From Octopus vulgaris (Eukaryota): a stretch of DNA of 64,000 nucleotides. The DNA lies in contig OX597816.1 of NCBI GenBank assembly GCA_951406725.2, positions 54,622,001 through 54,686,000 of the forward strand, written 5' to 3'. Each line of letters opens with the position of its first letter. The stretch's first letter is position 1. Under the pieces are notes generated by a model, which did not search any database, was not told where the DNA came from, and saw nothing but the letters and a program-made list of their open reading frames with translations. A program made the translations under genes and the position numbers. Positions 1 to 13,013 of the stretch are shown here, piece by piece.

Positions 1-87
1 CCGTGCGGCGGCACGTAAAAGCGCCCGTGTGACACCCCGTAAAAATAACCATGCGACACTATGTAAAAAGCAGTCAGCAGATACGGT

Positions 88-410
88 ACACACACACACA
101 TACAAACACATACACATATACGCATGTGGGTGTGTTTATTAGATGTACGGTGTGTGTGCATGTATGTATGTATGCATGTATGTATGTATGTATGTATGTA
201 TGTATGTATGTATGTATGTATGTATGTATGTATGTGTGAGTGCATGTACGTTAGTGCCTGCTATATAGGCGTGCACAGGCGAACGCATAAGAGGCACGTG
301 TGTGAGAATATGAGTGCAAATGTCCGCGAGGGCATGTCTGGGGGGGGGCATATTTGGGTGTGTATGTATGTGAGAATGTGTGTGTGAATGTGTATATGTG
401 TGTGTGTGTG
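88..410. repeat. Compound microsatellite (CA)n/(TATG)n/(TG)n
   Basis: Directly visible tandem repeats; explains the ORFs at 51-387. Confidence 0.95.
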
Positions 411-2228
411 CATGAGCATAATTTTGCTTTTGCTATTTACATTTGGACTTCCTGTGCTTCTCCATTCGATAATTTTAAACCTGGAAGGGACGGGCTTATG
501 TCAGAGGCCTGCGGAGCTTAAGTCGCATGTAGCCGAATCAAATTGTTTTAAATAGTACGTGTGCCTCCCACTTAATGCTTTGCAGAGTCACGCGGGGGTT
601 AGTGGTTAGTGGGGGTTAGTGCAATAGCTCAGTTTCCATGTGATCGCTTTCGTAACATTATTTGAAAAAGCAGGAAAAATTTACAGCAACATTCTCTACA
701 GTAATTTATGTAAACCATATCCGTACCAACCTGAAAATACTGCATGAAAACACTACTGCAAAAAAAAGACTTCGGCGAAATTTTACCATTATGAAAAAAA
801 AAACCAAGTAGAAGAACAGGTCACCAACAACAACGGATTCGACACGGTCAAATGACCAACAAACATTCCATTGTTTCTCGTATCAGGAAAACATCACCAG
901 TTTACCTTAAACATTAGCAGGACTCAATAAGAACCGTTATAGTCATTCAGAATATCAGGTCTCTTTAACAGCAAGGACTTCCAAAGATGAAAACACACTG
1001 TTAACATAGGTCGAACCGCATCCGAAAGAATTGTTGTCTATAAAATTCAAATGAAATGCACAAAGGACTATTACTCCCCCACTTAGAACGGCAGGGTTAC
1101 TATCTAAACGAACACACATGCTGCACCATATCCAATTTAACACAATATTCCAGTAATACTCTAGATTTTGGTTGGAGTATGTACCTCTCTCTACTGCTTT
1201 TATACTGCCTTCGCGTTGGAGTATATTTCCTCTGTCTATCTAATGCTTCCATAAGGACCTCTGCTACTCGGTCCTGGCTGCTATGCTGCCACCCCCACAA
1301 ACCTCTGATTCAGTTGCTTTGCCTCACACCAGCACCACCACCACCACCACCATCTATGTTAACTGTTTCAGAAGACCCGCTAAGTTCTCATGTGCTGTCC
1401 TTCCTTCCCCACATAACAATTAAAACCAAATGGCTGTTACATTTGAAATTGAATGGTTGAGTCTGGAACAGGTACTGTTAAATGAAAATATTCGCTATTG
1501 CTAAAGTGAAATTCAGCTAATTTTAAAAAATACAATCCATAAGAATTGTGTTTTAATTACTCTTTTAATTATAATTAATTAACTGCAAAATCATAAAAAT
1601 ACATGTTATTCCTAATGGTGAGATTTAACTGTTTCAAAAATATCTAAAAATTAGTAATTAGTATTTTAATTAATTAACTGTAAAAGCATTTTCGTCTTAC
1701 GGTAAATTTAGTGAGTTTTTATTCGTAGAATTAGGAAGCATTTCTAAGCAGATAAAATACAAGAAATATACAAAATATGTTTGCTAAGAAGAGTTTAACA
1801 ATATTAAATTCATAGGACAAGATTTTTTGTTTTCCAATAAAACAAAATAATTTCCAATATTTCATCAAATCCGTCCTGTGCCTTTGTCATTAACTTACAT
1901 TCACCACTAGGCTATTGTTTACTTTCTCAAATTTCCGATGACGGATATTTTATCGACTTTGTCTGCATCCAAGCTATTTTGGGGGATGTACTATGCTAGT
2001 ACACTCATTTTGTCTCATATGAATTACTAGTACTATCTAAATAAAATTTGAACTGTTTGTATATAGATAAAACTATTTGTCCATCGATTAAATCAGAAAG
2101 GTGTAGACTATACAATGCTGATGAAATTTGATAAACAGAAACATAACGGTAGTGATCTCCCTCGACTATAAAGATCAACTTTTGTCACTAATACCACATC
2201 TAAATTAACATAAAGTAATTCGTCGTTT

Positions 2229-2280
2229 ATTCTTTTATTCTTTTACTTGTTTCAGTCATTTGACTACAGCCATGCTGAAC
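2229..2280 (-). mobile_element. 3' tail fragment of tRNA-derived SINE family B
   Basis: cttttacttgtttcagtcatttgactacagccatgctg is the reverse complement of the family B 3' end seen at 21590-21630 and 53055-53100. Confidence 0.75.
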
Positions 2281-2774
2281 TATATTATATTATTTCGTCT
2301 TCTTACCTCTTTAACCTTATCTTTCACCTATCTGGCTACTCACATATTTAATCTGTTCTTTCTTGAACTTTCAACTATTTCATTAGTTCCCTGCTACTAA
2401 AGATATATACAAAAGAATCACATCATTATAAATCTAAGTACCAAAGTTGAACAGCGCCACCGTACTCCTATCTGTTGGTGCTGCTTTCCACTTGTTTCCC
2501 AGTATAAATCACAGAAAGTGCCATTTCCTTCATTGGTTGAATAAACCAATAGGACGGAACTTGAAATTTCTCATTCAAGTCAAATTTTACAATAAGGTTC
2601 TCACAATTCCCACAGTTGTCCATCCTGTCGGAAAACGTATTTCGTTATTCTAAAATTAGCTTTAAAAGGATAAACTTATTTAGCATTTATACATATGCAA
2701 AAATACAGATCAAGATCTTATATAGACATGTACATATACACATACACACACCCTGTTCCACAGAAAAATGCTGC

Positions 2775-3090
2775 AAATAGGCATTGATGAAAACATATCA
2801 CACCAAAGTAGTGCGAATAAAGACGGTGTGAGCCGAGAATATTAACCAGACTTGGAAAAATATGGCTGTGCGAACTCTTCTCTTAGAAGGCAATATCCCA
2901 CAATGCATTTGCAGTACTAGTGCTGATTCCTACATTTGGGATACTTGACTGGTCTGTAGAGGATATTATCTCCATAGACATTAAAACCGGCCAGAAACTG
3001 GTATGAACTGAAAAATTCAACAGAAACAGTGATATCGAGAGACTCTACCTAAGAAAAGATAAAGGAGGTAGGGGATACGAAACCTGCAGC
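2775..3090 (+). pseudogene. Decayed R4/Dong-clade non-LTR retrotransposon fragment (post-RT/thumb region)
   Basis: Manual translation HNAFAVLVLIPTFGILDWSVEDIISIDIKT..FNRNSDIERLYLRKDKGGRG, homologous to ORF 45546-45755; carries stops and frameshifts. Confidence 0.75.
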
Positions 3091-3233
3091 TTCTATATCC
3101 AGATCACAAATTTGAATGATAGAAATGTAGAGTAATATATGTGTATAGTTATAATGCTAAACCAACGAACATATCTTGTAATCTGTTCTTCTGGATTTTC
3201 GAATTTCATAACGCTTTTATTTTAATTGAACAA

Positions 3234-3278
3234 ATATATACATATATATACATGTATGTATGTATGTATGTATGTATG

Positions 3279-3312
<34 letters not shown>

Positions 3313-3477
3313 TGTATGTATGTATGTATGTATGTATGTATGTATGTATGTATGTGTGTGTGTGTGTGTCTGTGTGAGTGTGAGTGTATGCCTATTCTGA
3401 TTATGCAGAGAGGTGGTAGCTAGATATCTGTAATCACAGGCAGATAGATAACTCTATAGAAAGGTGGATACATTCTA

Positions 3478-3563
<86 letters not shown>

Positions 3564-3575
3564 TATACACACACA
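3234..3575. repeat. (TATG)n, (TG)n, (CT)n, (CA)n microsatellites
   Basis: Directly visible. Confidence 0.95.
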
Positions 3576-4049
3576 TTTAGAAAGAAGTAAAAATAAAATA
3601 TTTACTTCACACATCCAATGATAAAAGCGTGCCACCAATTGAAATGTAATTTATAGCGATAAATATTTGCAGATAAAACTTTGGAAAGAAAACTAGATAA
3701 AGAAATGCTATGTTGGCAGAATGAACAGTAAATTACATTAGAATGAGGAATGCTTCCATTAACTAGAATCACAAACCTTACAAAAGAGTGGAGAATATTT
3801 ATGGTTTTTGTGAATGATGAAAGAAAGGTTAGAGAGATTGGATACAGTTACCTTTGAGTAACTTGTCATGTTGCTTAGACTCAGATTATCCCTGATGATA
3901 CATATGAATGATCAAAACTATTGTGTATTATCGAACGTCTCGTTCATGCTTTCAAACTAATTATAATTTGAGTAAGATTTTGGTCACTATATCAGGCATA
4001 TTAACTGATGACCTAGCACCCCTTAGTTCATCTCTGTATGTGAATGTCT

Positions 4050-4430
4050 AAAGGTAGGTTGTATAGGTGTGTGTATGCTTATTTTGATGTGTTTAGGGTG
4101 ATGTGTTTATAGAGATGTATATTTATGTGCAAAGGTAGGTGTGCTTTGGGCATATGTAGAAAGGTAGATATGTTTAGGTAGATGTTATGTGATGATGTGT
4201 TTAGATAGAATATTTAAGTCGCTCGGTGCACAAAAGTAAATTAAAGATAGAGAAGTGCTTAGATATGCCTAGAAGGTTATGTTTAGATTAGAGCATAAAG
4301 GTATTTAAAAAAGGTAAGTAAAAGCAGGTGTGTTTAATAAGGTTTATTTTGGTAAAAGTACGTGTATCTAAGCAGGTGTTTACAGGGATGCATTTACATA
4401 GGTCTTTTGGTAGGTATCATACGTGGGTGG
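4050..4430. repeat. Degenerate tandem/low-complexity repeat with recurring aggtagg/tgtgtttag motifs
   Basis: Repeated variants of aaggtaggtgtgtttag; no exact period. Confidence 0.5.
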
Positions 4431-5610
4431 GTGTTTTCCGACGCTGCTTCTGATTCAATACTATTCAGATATGAACTTTGAACTAGCAATTTATTTCGGT
4501 GTTTGGTTTACAATGTAGATACTCGAAGTTGTGATACCATCGTGTAATTATCTACAATGACATCGAAATTGGGAAAGGGCTCCAATTAAGAAAATATGAT
4601 GGATCTATGAATAGCGTACAATAAAATTGATTCGACTGGACTTTCAGTACAAAATGCTGTAAAGTGATAGAAGTTAAGATAGCAGAGTGGAGTTATAGTC
4701 AACATGACGTTGTCTTAATGTTTTACTTTTCATTTTTTTTTGTGAAAAGAGGGCATATCGCTTAGATATAGAAGAGCTAGAAGAGTTCTCTGTCATCCTG
4801 ATTAAGTATATACGTATCTATGTATATACATGCATATTCCTGTGAGATTTGTTTGAATTGCTATTACTATTCCCTGTTTTATGAACTATTATTAACAAAC
4901 ATGGACAAAAACAAAACGTAGGGTATTACAGGAATTAAAAATATTAAATCGTAGAAAAGCATAAAAAAATAGTATTAAAAGATTTATGGTTCCTTCTTTT
5001 CAAATTAATGATAAATGATCTAAGGTGAAGATGAAAACAGAATTTATGCAAGCGGTGTCATTATCTCCATCTTATTCTAAGCAGCGCTTTCTTCTAACAA
5101 AACGTTATTACAATGAGCAAGAAATGCAGGTGGAGACGCCACCCACGAATATTATATTCTCTACACTCTTCTTCTGTTATTTTGAATTGAAAGTGTTAGA
5201 CTGATGAGCCTTTGTTTCTGCTGGTTCCTTCATAAGAGACACTTACGAGTTCATGTGGTGGTATGACCCGTTTTCTTTCGGTTTTCTTTTGGTTTTCTTT
5301 TGTTGTTTTTTTCTTCCTTTGTTTATCTGTGGCTAGTCGCAAGAAACGCCCAACAGTCGTATGGAATGATTTAATTGGTGTAAAATAGTAAACATCCTTA
5401 AAGTCAGTAGATCTGGCATGCAGCAGCAAAAATGCAACATCTGAGGGAGCACCATACATTGAGATAGAGTTGAAAAGATTTCAAATTCAAAGATATTAAG
5501 AAATAGTTCTCAACTTAAGGAATATCTGATGAATATGGAAAACAATGGTTTGCCAATGAACATGTGAGGTACAAAGCATTATGTTGTGATGCATTAGTAA
5601 AGCCTACCAA

Positions 5611-5826
5611 AGCAGCGAGCTGGCAGAACCGTTAGAACGCAGGGTGAAATGCTTAGCCGTATTTCGTCTGCCGCTACGTTTTGAGTTCAAATTCCGCCAA
5701 GGTCGACATTGCTTTGCATCCTGTCGGGGTCGATAAATTAAGTACCAGTGGGACACGGGTCGATGTAATCAACTAGTCCCCTCCCCCACATTTCAGGCCT
5801 TGTGCCTATAGTAGAAAGTATTATTA
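5611..5826 (+). mobile_element. tRNA-derived SINE family A
   Basis: gcgagctggcagaaccgttag (A-box-like), gagttcaaattcc (B-box-like), ggtcgataaattaagtaccag core; many homologous copies in the window. Confidence 0.9.
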
Positions 5827-5984
5827 TATTTGTCCTAAGCTGAAAGGAATTCCACGTGTATAGTCATACCCTTGGATAACCCTGGAAAAAGAAATTTAAC
5901 AGGTGGTAACCGACAAACAGAAGCATAAGAGCATTTAAGAGCGCAAAACACTTCATTTCATGTTGTTGACGATCAAAGGGGAAT

Positions 5985-6082
5985 GTTGGTCTGCTCGCCT
6001 CATTCGATGGCCCCATTCGATGCAAAACGTATTGGGACCAGTGATGTATAACAACTTCTGATAGTCTAGTCGGTCACGTAAT
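5985..6082 (+). mobile_element. Diverged 3' fragment of SINE family C
   Basis: gaccagtgatgtataacaacttctgatagtctagtcggtcacg matches 17736-17779. Confidence 0.65.
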
Positions 6083-6369
6083 ATATATGTATACTTTTGC
6101 ATATCAATATTGTTGCGCAAGAAAAAGAGTCAAGATTAAATGTAAGGCATTCATAACTGAGTTTTTAAATGACTGAAATAACAATTAAAAATGCGATATT
6201 TCATCTGAAACAACCTAATACATTGGCGCATATATATGTATACACTTATATACAAATATTGAAATAAACAGATAAAACCTTGGGCGTTAATGCACAAAAT
6301 ATACATATATACATGTATACATGTATATATATTCACACTCACACACGCACACACACACACACACACACA

Positions 6370-6405
<36 letters not shown>

Positions 6406-6425
6406 TGTATATAAACATGTATATA

Positions 6426-6466
<41 letters not shown>

Positions 6467-7687
6467 AATCTGGCGTCAAGCTTTGAGTTTCAAATTCTAG
6501 AAGAGAATTTCTCAGCAACTTGCAGTTCCATCTTTGTCGTTTCACTTCCAATCCTTGAAGTTGAATCTTGCTTGATTTTCTCTGTTTTCACAGATGAATA
6601 AAGAACTTTCCAATTTAATTTTATAAACTGCGGAAATTGCTTAATTAAATTTCAACAAATATTCTATAGGAACCAATTAATACTTTGACAAATAATCATG
6701 AAATTCCAATCTGTATCTGAATTTAGCATTTTGAAGAAAGTCGGCATAAGTGACAGTACTTTTATTCAAATATTTGCGGAAGTAATTCATGGTGAAAAAG
6801 AGAAGATCAACCAAAATTGAAGCTCATTCGTGACCGAAATAGTCTTTCAGCTGCTGCACATAAATCGTGGCAGTGTATTCATTCTGCAGACATGGGAAAT
6901 CCATGATTGATTTTTACAGGAACGTTTCTTTTGAAAGACCTAAACCTTGCACACATCAGAACTGTGAACTTTTAATTAAATTCTGACAAATGCTTTGAAA
7001 CGTGGTTTTTCATAATACTTAAAAACATTGCTGATAAAATATCAAACTGGTTGGCTTTCGATCACAAAGTGAAAACGAAAAGGGTAAAAGCTGTTCAGAA
7101 GTTAAGATTTTTTACTTGAAACAAATATTTTCACCTTTCACCTACAATTATATTCCATCCATGGAAAATTGTTTGAAGAAACGAAACGAATGTTTGCGTT
7201 GACTGTAGCAATATTTGGCGGAATTCTGTTCCTTGTAATTTAGGTATCACTTTCAACACAGTTATTGATCAAGAAGAGCTAAATGGGGAAGGGGGAATAG
7301 AGACAGTGATTGAGTGAGAGAGAGAGAGAGGGAGAGGGAAGTGACCAGGATTGATGGCAGTTTTAATATTTTGTTACAATTTATGGTATCGTTTTAAACA
7401 CGAATTGTAAACATTGCTCTACTGAACAAACAATATGAATTACTGTCTATGCTTTAAATGCTGTTAGCTTCAAAATACAACTTCGCCATCAACAATAAAA
7501 TGGGGGATTAAAAAGTATTAAAACATTGTTAACGAGTGTGACCAAATTTTAAGTCTGATCTAACATTCAACAAGCATATTATCTTCTGGAATATTCGATA
7601 CAAATATTTCAGAAACCAAATTATTTCTTCATTGGTATCAAGGCATATTCTATTGAGTATTTTTCTGAATATCCCAGTTAACAACAA

Positions 7688-7882
7688 GACGACGAGTTGG
7701 CAGAATTGTTAGCACACCGGACTAAAGGCTTAGCGGCATTTCGTTCGTCTTTACCTTTTCAGTTCAAATTTTCAAATTCTACTGGGATCGACTTTGCCAA
7801 TCAACTTTCCTGCATTGATAACATAAAATACCAGTTGTGTACTGGTGTCGGTGCAATCTATTTATCCCCTCTCCCAAATTTG
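7688..7882 (+). mobile_element. Diverged SINE family A
   Basis: gagttggcagaattgttagcac..agttcaaatt..taccagttgtgtactgg. Confidence 0.8.
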
Positions 7883-8018
7883 AAATCAACGCTACATTTG
7901 ACATTCAGGTTCACCATTTCACATTTTCAGGGAAAATGATGACGGCCATAGCACAACACATCAGCTATAAACAGTAATTACTTCGGTGCCTTCGAGAAAC
8001 GGTAATTAATATACACAT

Positions 8019-8113
<95 letters not shown>

Positions 8114-8474
8114 AATACGTACACATAAATCGTGGCAGTGTATTATTTTTGCACACATTAAAACTGTAAATCACCAAATTAATATGCCCGTTCAATGTTA
8201 CTACTGTTTACAGCCAACGATTCTAGTCAACGCACAAGACAGCCATTATGCTTCCCACCACAAAACACCACCATGCAGACTCTGTTGAGACTAGTAAGAA
8301 ACAATTATGAACTTTTTATTACACTTAACTTTTAAAAATGTTTTTGATAAGGTTCGTCTTTACAAGAACCGCAACATGTAAAATCTCTAAGAAAATTAAA
8401 ATTTATGTTATATAGCGTTGTTTTCAAACTTCTTTTTTATAAATATATACCCACTCGCATGCCACCTAAACTTT

Positions 8475-8504
8475 ATATATGTATATATATATATAAGTAT
8501 ATAC

Positions 8505-8561
<57 letters not shown>

Positions 8562-8601
8562 GGTATGTAGAAAAATACAACATGGACAAGAACGTATAAC
8601 T

Positions 8602-8638
<37 letters not shown>

Positions 8639-8647
8639 GTGTATATA

Positions 8648-8695
<48 letters not shown>
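8475..8695. repeat. (TA)n array interrupted by a ~45-bp non-repetitive insert (about 8559-8603)
   Basis: Directly visible. Confidence 0.9.
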
Positions 8696-8699
<4 letters not shown>

Positions 8700-8905
8700 T
8701 AATCCAAACAAGAAAGCACAAAAAAACACAATAACGCGAGGAAGTGGGACAAATATAGTATTATTGGACGCTCAGGAAAGAAGGAAAGAAGGAGGGTTTA
8801 ACGTTTCGAGCGGAGCTCTTCGTCGGAAACATAGGAGAAGGAAAGATCCAGAGAAGGGAAGACAGAGGAAAAAAAATCGCCAACGGTACACACGAGGTCA
8901 CGTTA
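8695..8905 (-). mobile_element. Short non-coding Penelope-like terminal-repeat element with minimal hammerhead motif, inserted in (TA)n
   Basis: Minus strand reads GUUU-CCGACGA-A-GAGC-UCC-GCUC-GAAA-C-GUU-AAAC (8794-8832): stem I GUUU/AAAC, stem II GAGC/GCUC, palindromic ACGU stem III; TA tracts on both sides. Confidence 0.65.
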
Positions 8906-8911
8906 TATATG

Positions 8912-8942
<31 letters not shown>

Positions 8943-9004
8943 ATCTTTCATTCTCTCTGTTTAGTTTCTCTTATTCCTGTCTGTTGAAGAGAGTAGGATC
9001 TCAC

Positions 9005-9320
9005 ACGACCTCATACTCAACACGGAGGCCTATATCAAGTGCCTGGAGGGGTAGTGCTGCCATGGCTGAAGAGGGTGGCTGCTGGAAGACTCTATGTCTA
9101 GCGAGAGGACTCTGCACCATTCCACAAAAGCAGGAGAACTCAGTCATGGCTGTCAAGCAATATCTGCGAGTATATCACACTTAACATCTGGCCATCAACT
9201 CCCCCGACTGCCTCCCATTCGTTTACTTTGTGTGGGGCGCAGTTGAGCGAGCGACAAACAAAACTCCTTGTAACACCAAAGATGAACTGATGGCAATGAT
9301 TATGGCAGTATTGACCGACA
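9005..9320 (+). pseudogene. Tc1/mariner-superfamily (DD37D, maT-like) transposase fragment, frameshifted
   Basis: Manual translation LNTEAYIKCLE..VLPWLKRVAAGRLYV*REDSAPFHKSRRTQSWLS..IWP-NSPDCLPFVYFVWGAVERATNKTPCNTKDEL; spacing from DSAP to the NPLDY-equivalent position is D-37-D. Confidence 0.8.
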
Positions 9321-10394
9321 ATTTTTCAAATTAACGAAAGAGACTAATAGAAGTGTTTTGAGAAATGAGGAATCACATTTGGCTAACAAAAATTGTTTCG
9401 ATTAATAAAGAACTCCAAGTATTCTTGTGGCAGGATCCGAGGTTATAATTCTATAATGTAAGTCCTTGGTTGTGATTCATTTTATAGTTTCTGCATAGAG
9501 TGATATACAAGAAAGGGTATAAGTAATGATCATGAAAGGAAAAATAGGTAATGACCATATTGATAATTTTCTTCTATTTGAAAAAGCGCCTCTTTCCCGA
9601 AATATTATAGGATCATTAAACCACCTATTGAAGTAATACAATATGTTTTGTCTTTGTTTTCATTTATTAACATCCTCTTACCTATTTTGCCTAACGCTTT
9701 ATTTGCATTGCTCAAAGTTTTGTTTTCCAAACTTTTCTATGATTTACACACTTTGCAACGCTTCAAGTAAATTACAATATTTTTATATAGACAAATGTAT
9801 CTTTGATCTCATCATCTGGTTGTATATCTTCCTGTATCTTAAATTTGTTCGATTCTACTGTAAGAATGCTATAACGACAATATGAACAATATTGCTACAA
9901 TAATTTCTGTATATGTCATGCAACAAGTAATCAGAGCTGTTTCACTGCTAAAACTTCCGTTTTTAATAACAAGTCAACAAATTTAGAAAAAAAGCGCAAG
10001 TTTATCAGAGAAGATGTCGTTGTTTTTAATTAACGAAGTCCTGTATTCGTAGCATAACATCTATGATATCAATTTACGCCTTGTTATAATTTCATTCATG
10101 TTATTGGCATTCATCTTAGTCTTCTAGTCTCATTTATTTCCATGTTCAAATTTTCAGGTTTTATTTTGTCGTTTTTATCTCTAGCATTCTCTTTTAACTC
10201 TTGCTTTCACTAGTGTATTTCTCTGCAATTCTCATATTTCATTAATATCATTGAGTTTTGTTTTTAGATTCTCTTCTTAATTCTAAAGTTTTTATCGATT
10301 TCTTCCGTTATATCACATAATCAGATTTCTATAGAAATATTACTTGCGTTTACAGAAGGAGCCGTCCTGGCAAAATTATCGAGAAGTTGACCGG

Positions 10395-10451
10395 TGTGTG
10401 TGTGTGTGTGTGTGCGCTTGTGTGTGTGTGTGTGCGTTTGTGTGTGTGTGC

Positions 10452-10512
<61 letters not shown>

Positions 10513-10523
10513 TGTGTGTGTGT
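10395..10523. repeat. (TG)n microsatellite
   Basis: Directly visible. Confidence 0.95.
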
Positions 10524-11136
10524 TGGTGGAAGATAAATGTAAGTCAAGGAAGACGATGGGAATGGAAGAAATCCCTTGGTTGAATGTTGTAATCTACCCC
10601 TAGTGTAGTCTCTATATACAAAAATATCATTAAATAATACAGATGAACGTGGGGCGAGATCCTTGGACAATTCACTTGACCCCTCAACAATTAATTAGAA
10701 ATTAGTTACCAATGAAGGACAGTAGAAGAAATGGCATCGATTGTTCAGTCTAATTAAAATATCATTCTTGAGCCTTCTTTAACGAGTTTAAGACAAACTA
10801 CATTTATGAGATCCAAGTTTTATGAACCATTCTACAACAGATGAAACTGTTATAAATGTAATAAAAGAGTAACTGCTATAAAACAGACTTTCGACAAGAG
10901 TATCAGGAGTAATAATTATAAGAACCATTCTTCAATAAGAGGATCGTGAGTAACTTGTTCTTACTTCCAGATCAGGTTATGCTACAAAATCTAATCTAAT
11001 TTCACTGGTTAAATGTCTGCGAATAATCAACAGCCACCGCTTTATTGTCATTCAATTCCGTCTCTGCTCAAACAGAGACTTTTTATAGTCATAAACACAT
11101 TCTAGAATTTAATTAGTTTATATAAGCGTTCTGTGT

Positions 11137-11137
<1 letters not shown>

Positions 11138-11214
<77 letters not shown>

Positions 11215-11255
11215 GCAATAATAATAATGATGATGATGAGGAGGATGATGATGAT
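11138..11255. repeat. (TAA)n/(TGA)n microsatellite
   Basis: Directly visible. Confidence 0.95.
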
Positions 11256-11894
11256 AAACAAATAAAAAAAAAACTAGAATGAGAAGCGCAAACAAACTAC
11301 GAATTAAGTGAAGTGAAAATATTCAGAGATGAAATCTTCTGATAGGAAGAACCAGGAAAATGTATAAAGGTTATCAAGATAACGAAAAAGTTTCCGTTGA
11401 TAAAATATCAATAATTGCTTCGATATTTCCTTTGATAATTTTATAAAAATCTACCCGAATGATTATGTTTGTAGTTGAGTTTTGAATTGAGAAAGAATGG
11501 GAGACTGTCTATTAGATCTACCATTTTATTGCATTTTAGATAAATAGAAGATAGGTTTTCTTTGCAATAACAATTTAAATACAAGATTGTATAATAGAAC
11601 TGTAGGTGATTATAAGAGAATGATATCTGTGAAATTGGAGGTTATAACTGAACAGTGTAGTAAAATTGGCATTCTAGAATATAAGGGCATAATAACACTG
11701 AATGCGTGGGTTATAATAGAACAGTAATAATTGAAGTGTATCGTTGTGACAAAACTGCTACAGCGGAAGAGTGGGTTGTGATGGAATCGTGACTGTAGAA
11801 GTGTAGTTTATGATACAGCAGTAACACTGAATCTGTAGCTTTTCAAAGAATTGTGACATAGAAAAAACAAGTTATGACAGAACATTGATATTGA

Positions 11895-12100
11895 TTTCAA
11901 AATTTGGCACGAGGCAAGTAATTTTAAAGGGAAATGACAAGTCTATTACATTGATCCCAGTGCTCAACTGGTGCTTATTTTATGGAACCCGGGAGAATAA
12001 TTGGCAAAATCGACGTCGGCAGAATTTGAAACTGGAACGTAAAGACAGACGAAATTCCGGTAAGCATTTTTCTCTGTTTATTAACAATTCTTCCACGTCG
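11895..12100 (-). mobile_element. Older diverged SINE family A copy
   Basis: cccagtgctcaactggtgcttatttt..gaatttgaaactggaacgtaaagacagacgaaat is the reverse complement of the family A body. Confidence 0.8.
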
Positions 12101-12102
12101 GA

Positions 12103-12287
12103 GGCGGCGAGCTGGCAGAAACGTTAGCACGCCGGGCAAAATGCGTAGCCGTATTTCGTCTGCCGTTACGTTCTGAGTTCAAAATCCTTTCGGGGTCGAT
12201 TAAATAAGTACCAGTTACGCACTGGGGTTGATATAATCGACTGGGCCCCTCCCCAAAAATTTCAGGCCTGTGCCTTCAGCAGAAAAT
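12103..12287 (+). mobile_element. SINE family A (internally deleted) with ~16-bp TSD
   Basis: ggcggcgagctggcagaaacgttagcacgccggg head; flanks aattcttccacgtcgg (12086-12101) and aattctatcacgtcgg (12288-12303). Confidence 0.9.
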
Positions 12288-12946
12288 AATTCTATCACGT
12301 CGGCGTCTTATGACAGAAAGGAAATATTGAAACTGTAGTTTATGAAACAGCTGAAATCTTGAGAGTAGATTATGACTGAACTATAACGTTATAACAAGAA
12401 GCCATGGCTATTATACTTATAATTCTTTTCATTTTGTTTATCTTGAGTTTTGAAGATACTGTTGGCTCAAGATGCATTACACCTCTTTATTGATGTTGAG
12501 TGCTGCCTATTAGCAATTCGCATATTGATTTTTAGACAATGCGATCTATTGATTATAGAAAGTTTGAATAGCCCAGAGCATTTACCTTCGCTGTGCATGC
12601 ATTAGAAAACCTATTTAACATTATTACTGTGTGCCATCTGTGCAAGATATTGAGGTTGAAATAACGTAAACACTTTAACACTAATTTTTAAATAAATAAT
12701 TTCTTTTTTAAAAAAAGCATTAATTTGTTGGCCACCCATATTGATGTCTCTGCTTCACGTTTATTTTCTCGAAGATGATCTGCACGTTGCTAGAAAGCGT
12801 GAGTGGAAAGTTCAGGATAAAAGCAATTCTGCACAGAACTAGTCCGTACGTCTTTCTGTGCAGGCACACATACGTGAATACTGTCAGTCCTACATATGCA
12901 CATTACATTTTTATGTACATACATATTTATCTATTTACACACACAC

Positions 12947-13013
<67 letters not shown>

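Larger units (their letters stand above)
11690..12400. repeat. Degenerate ~33-bp minisatellite (gttatgacagaac..gtaacattgaa.tgtag-like) interrupted by two SINEs
   Basis: Recurring gttat(g/a)a(c/t)agaa and actgaa/attgaa..gtgtag motifs at about 33-bp spacing on both sides of 11895-12305. Confidence 0.5.

Noticed and set aside
5196-5459. 87-aa minus-strand ORF with non-repetitive N-terminus
   Set aside because: No recognisable domain or splice context, and the lysine-rich part derives from a T-rich low-complexity tract.
6868-6890. TGGCAGTGTATT resembling a miR-34/449 seed
   Set aside because: The 3' part does not match the family and no pre-miRNA-length hairpin forms at either copy.
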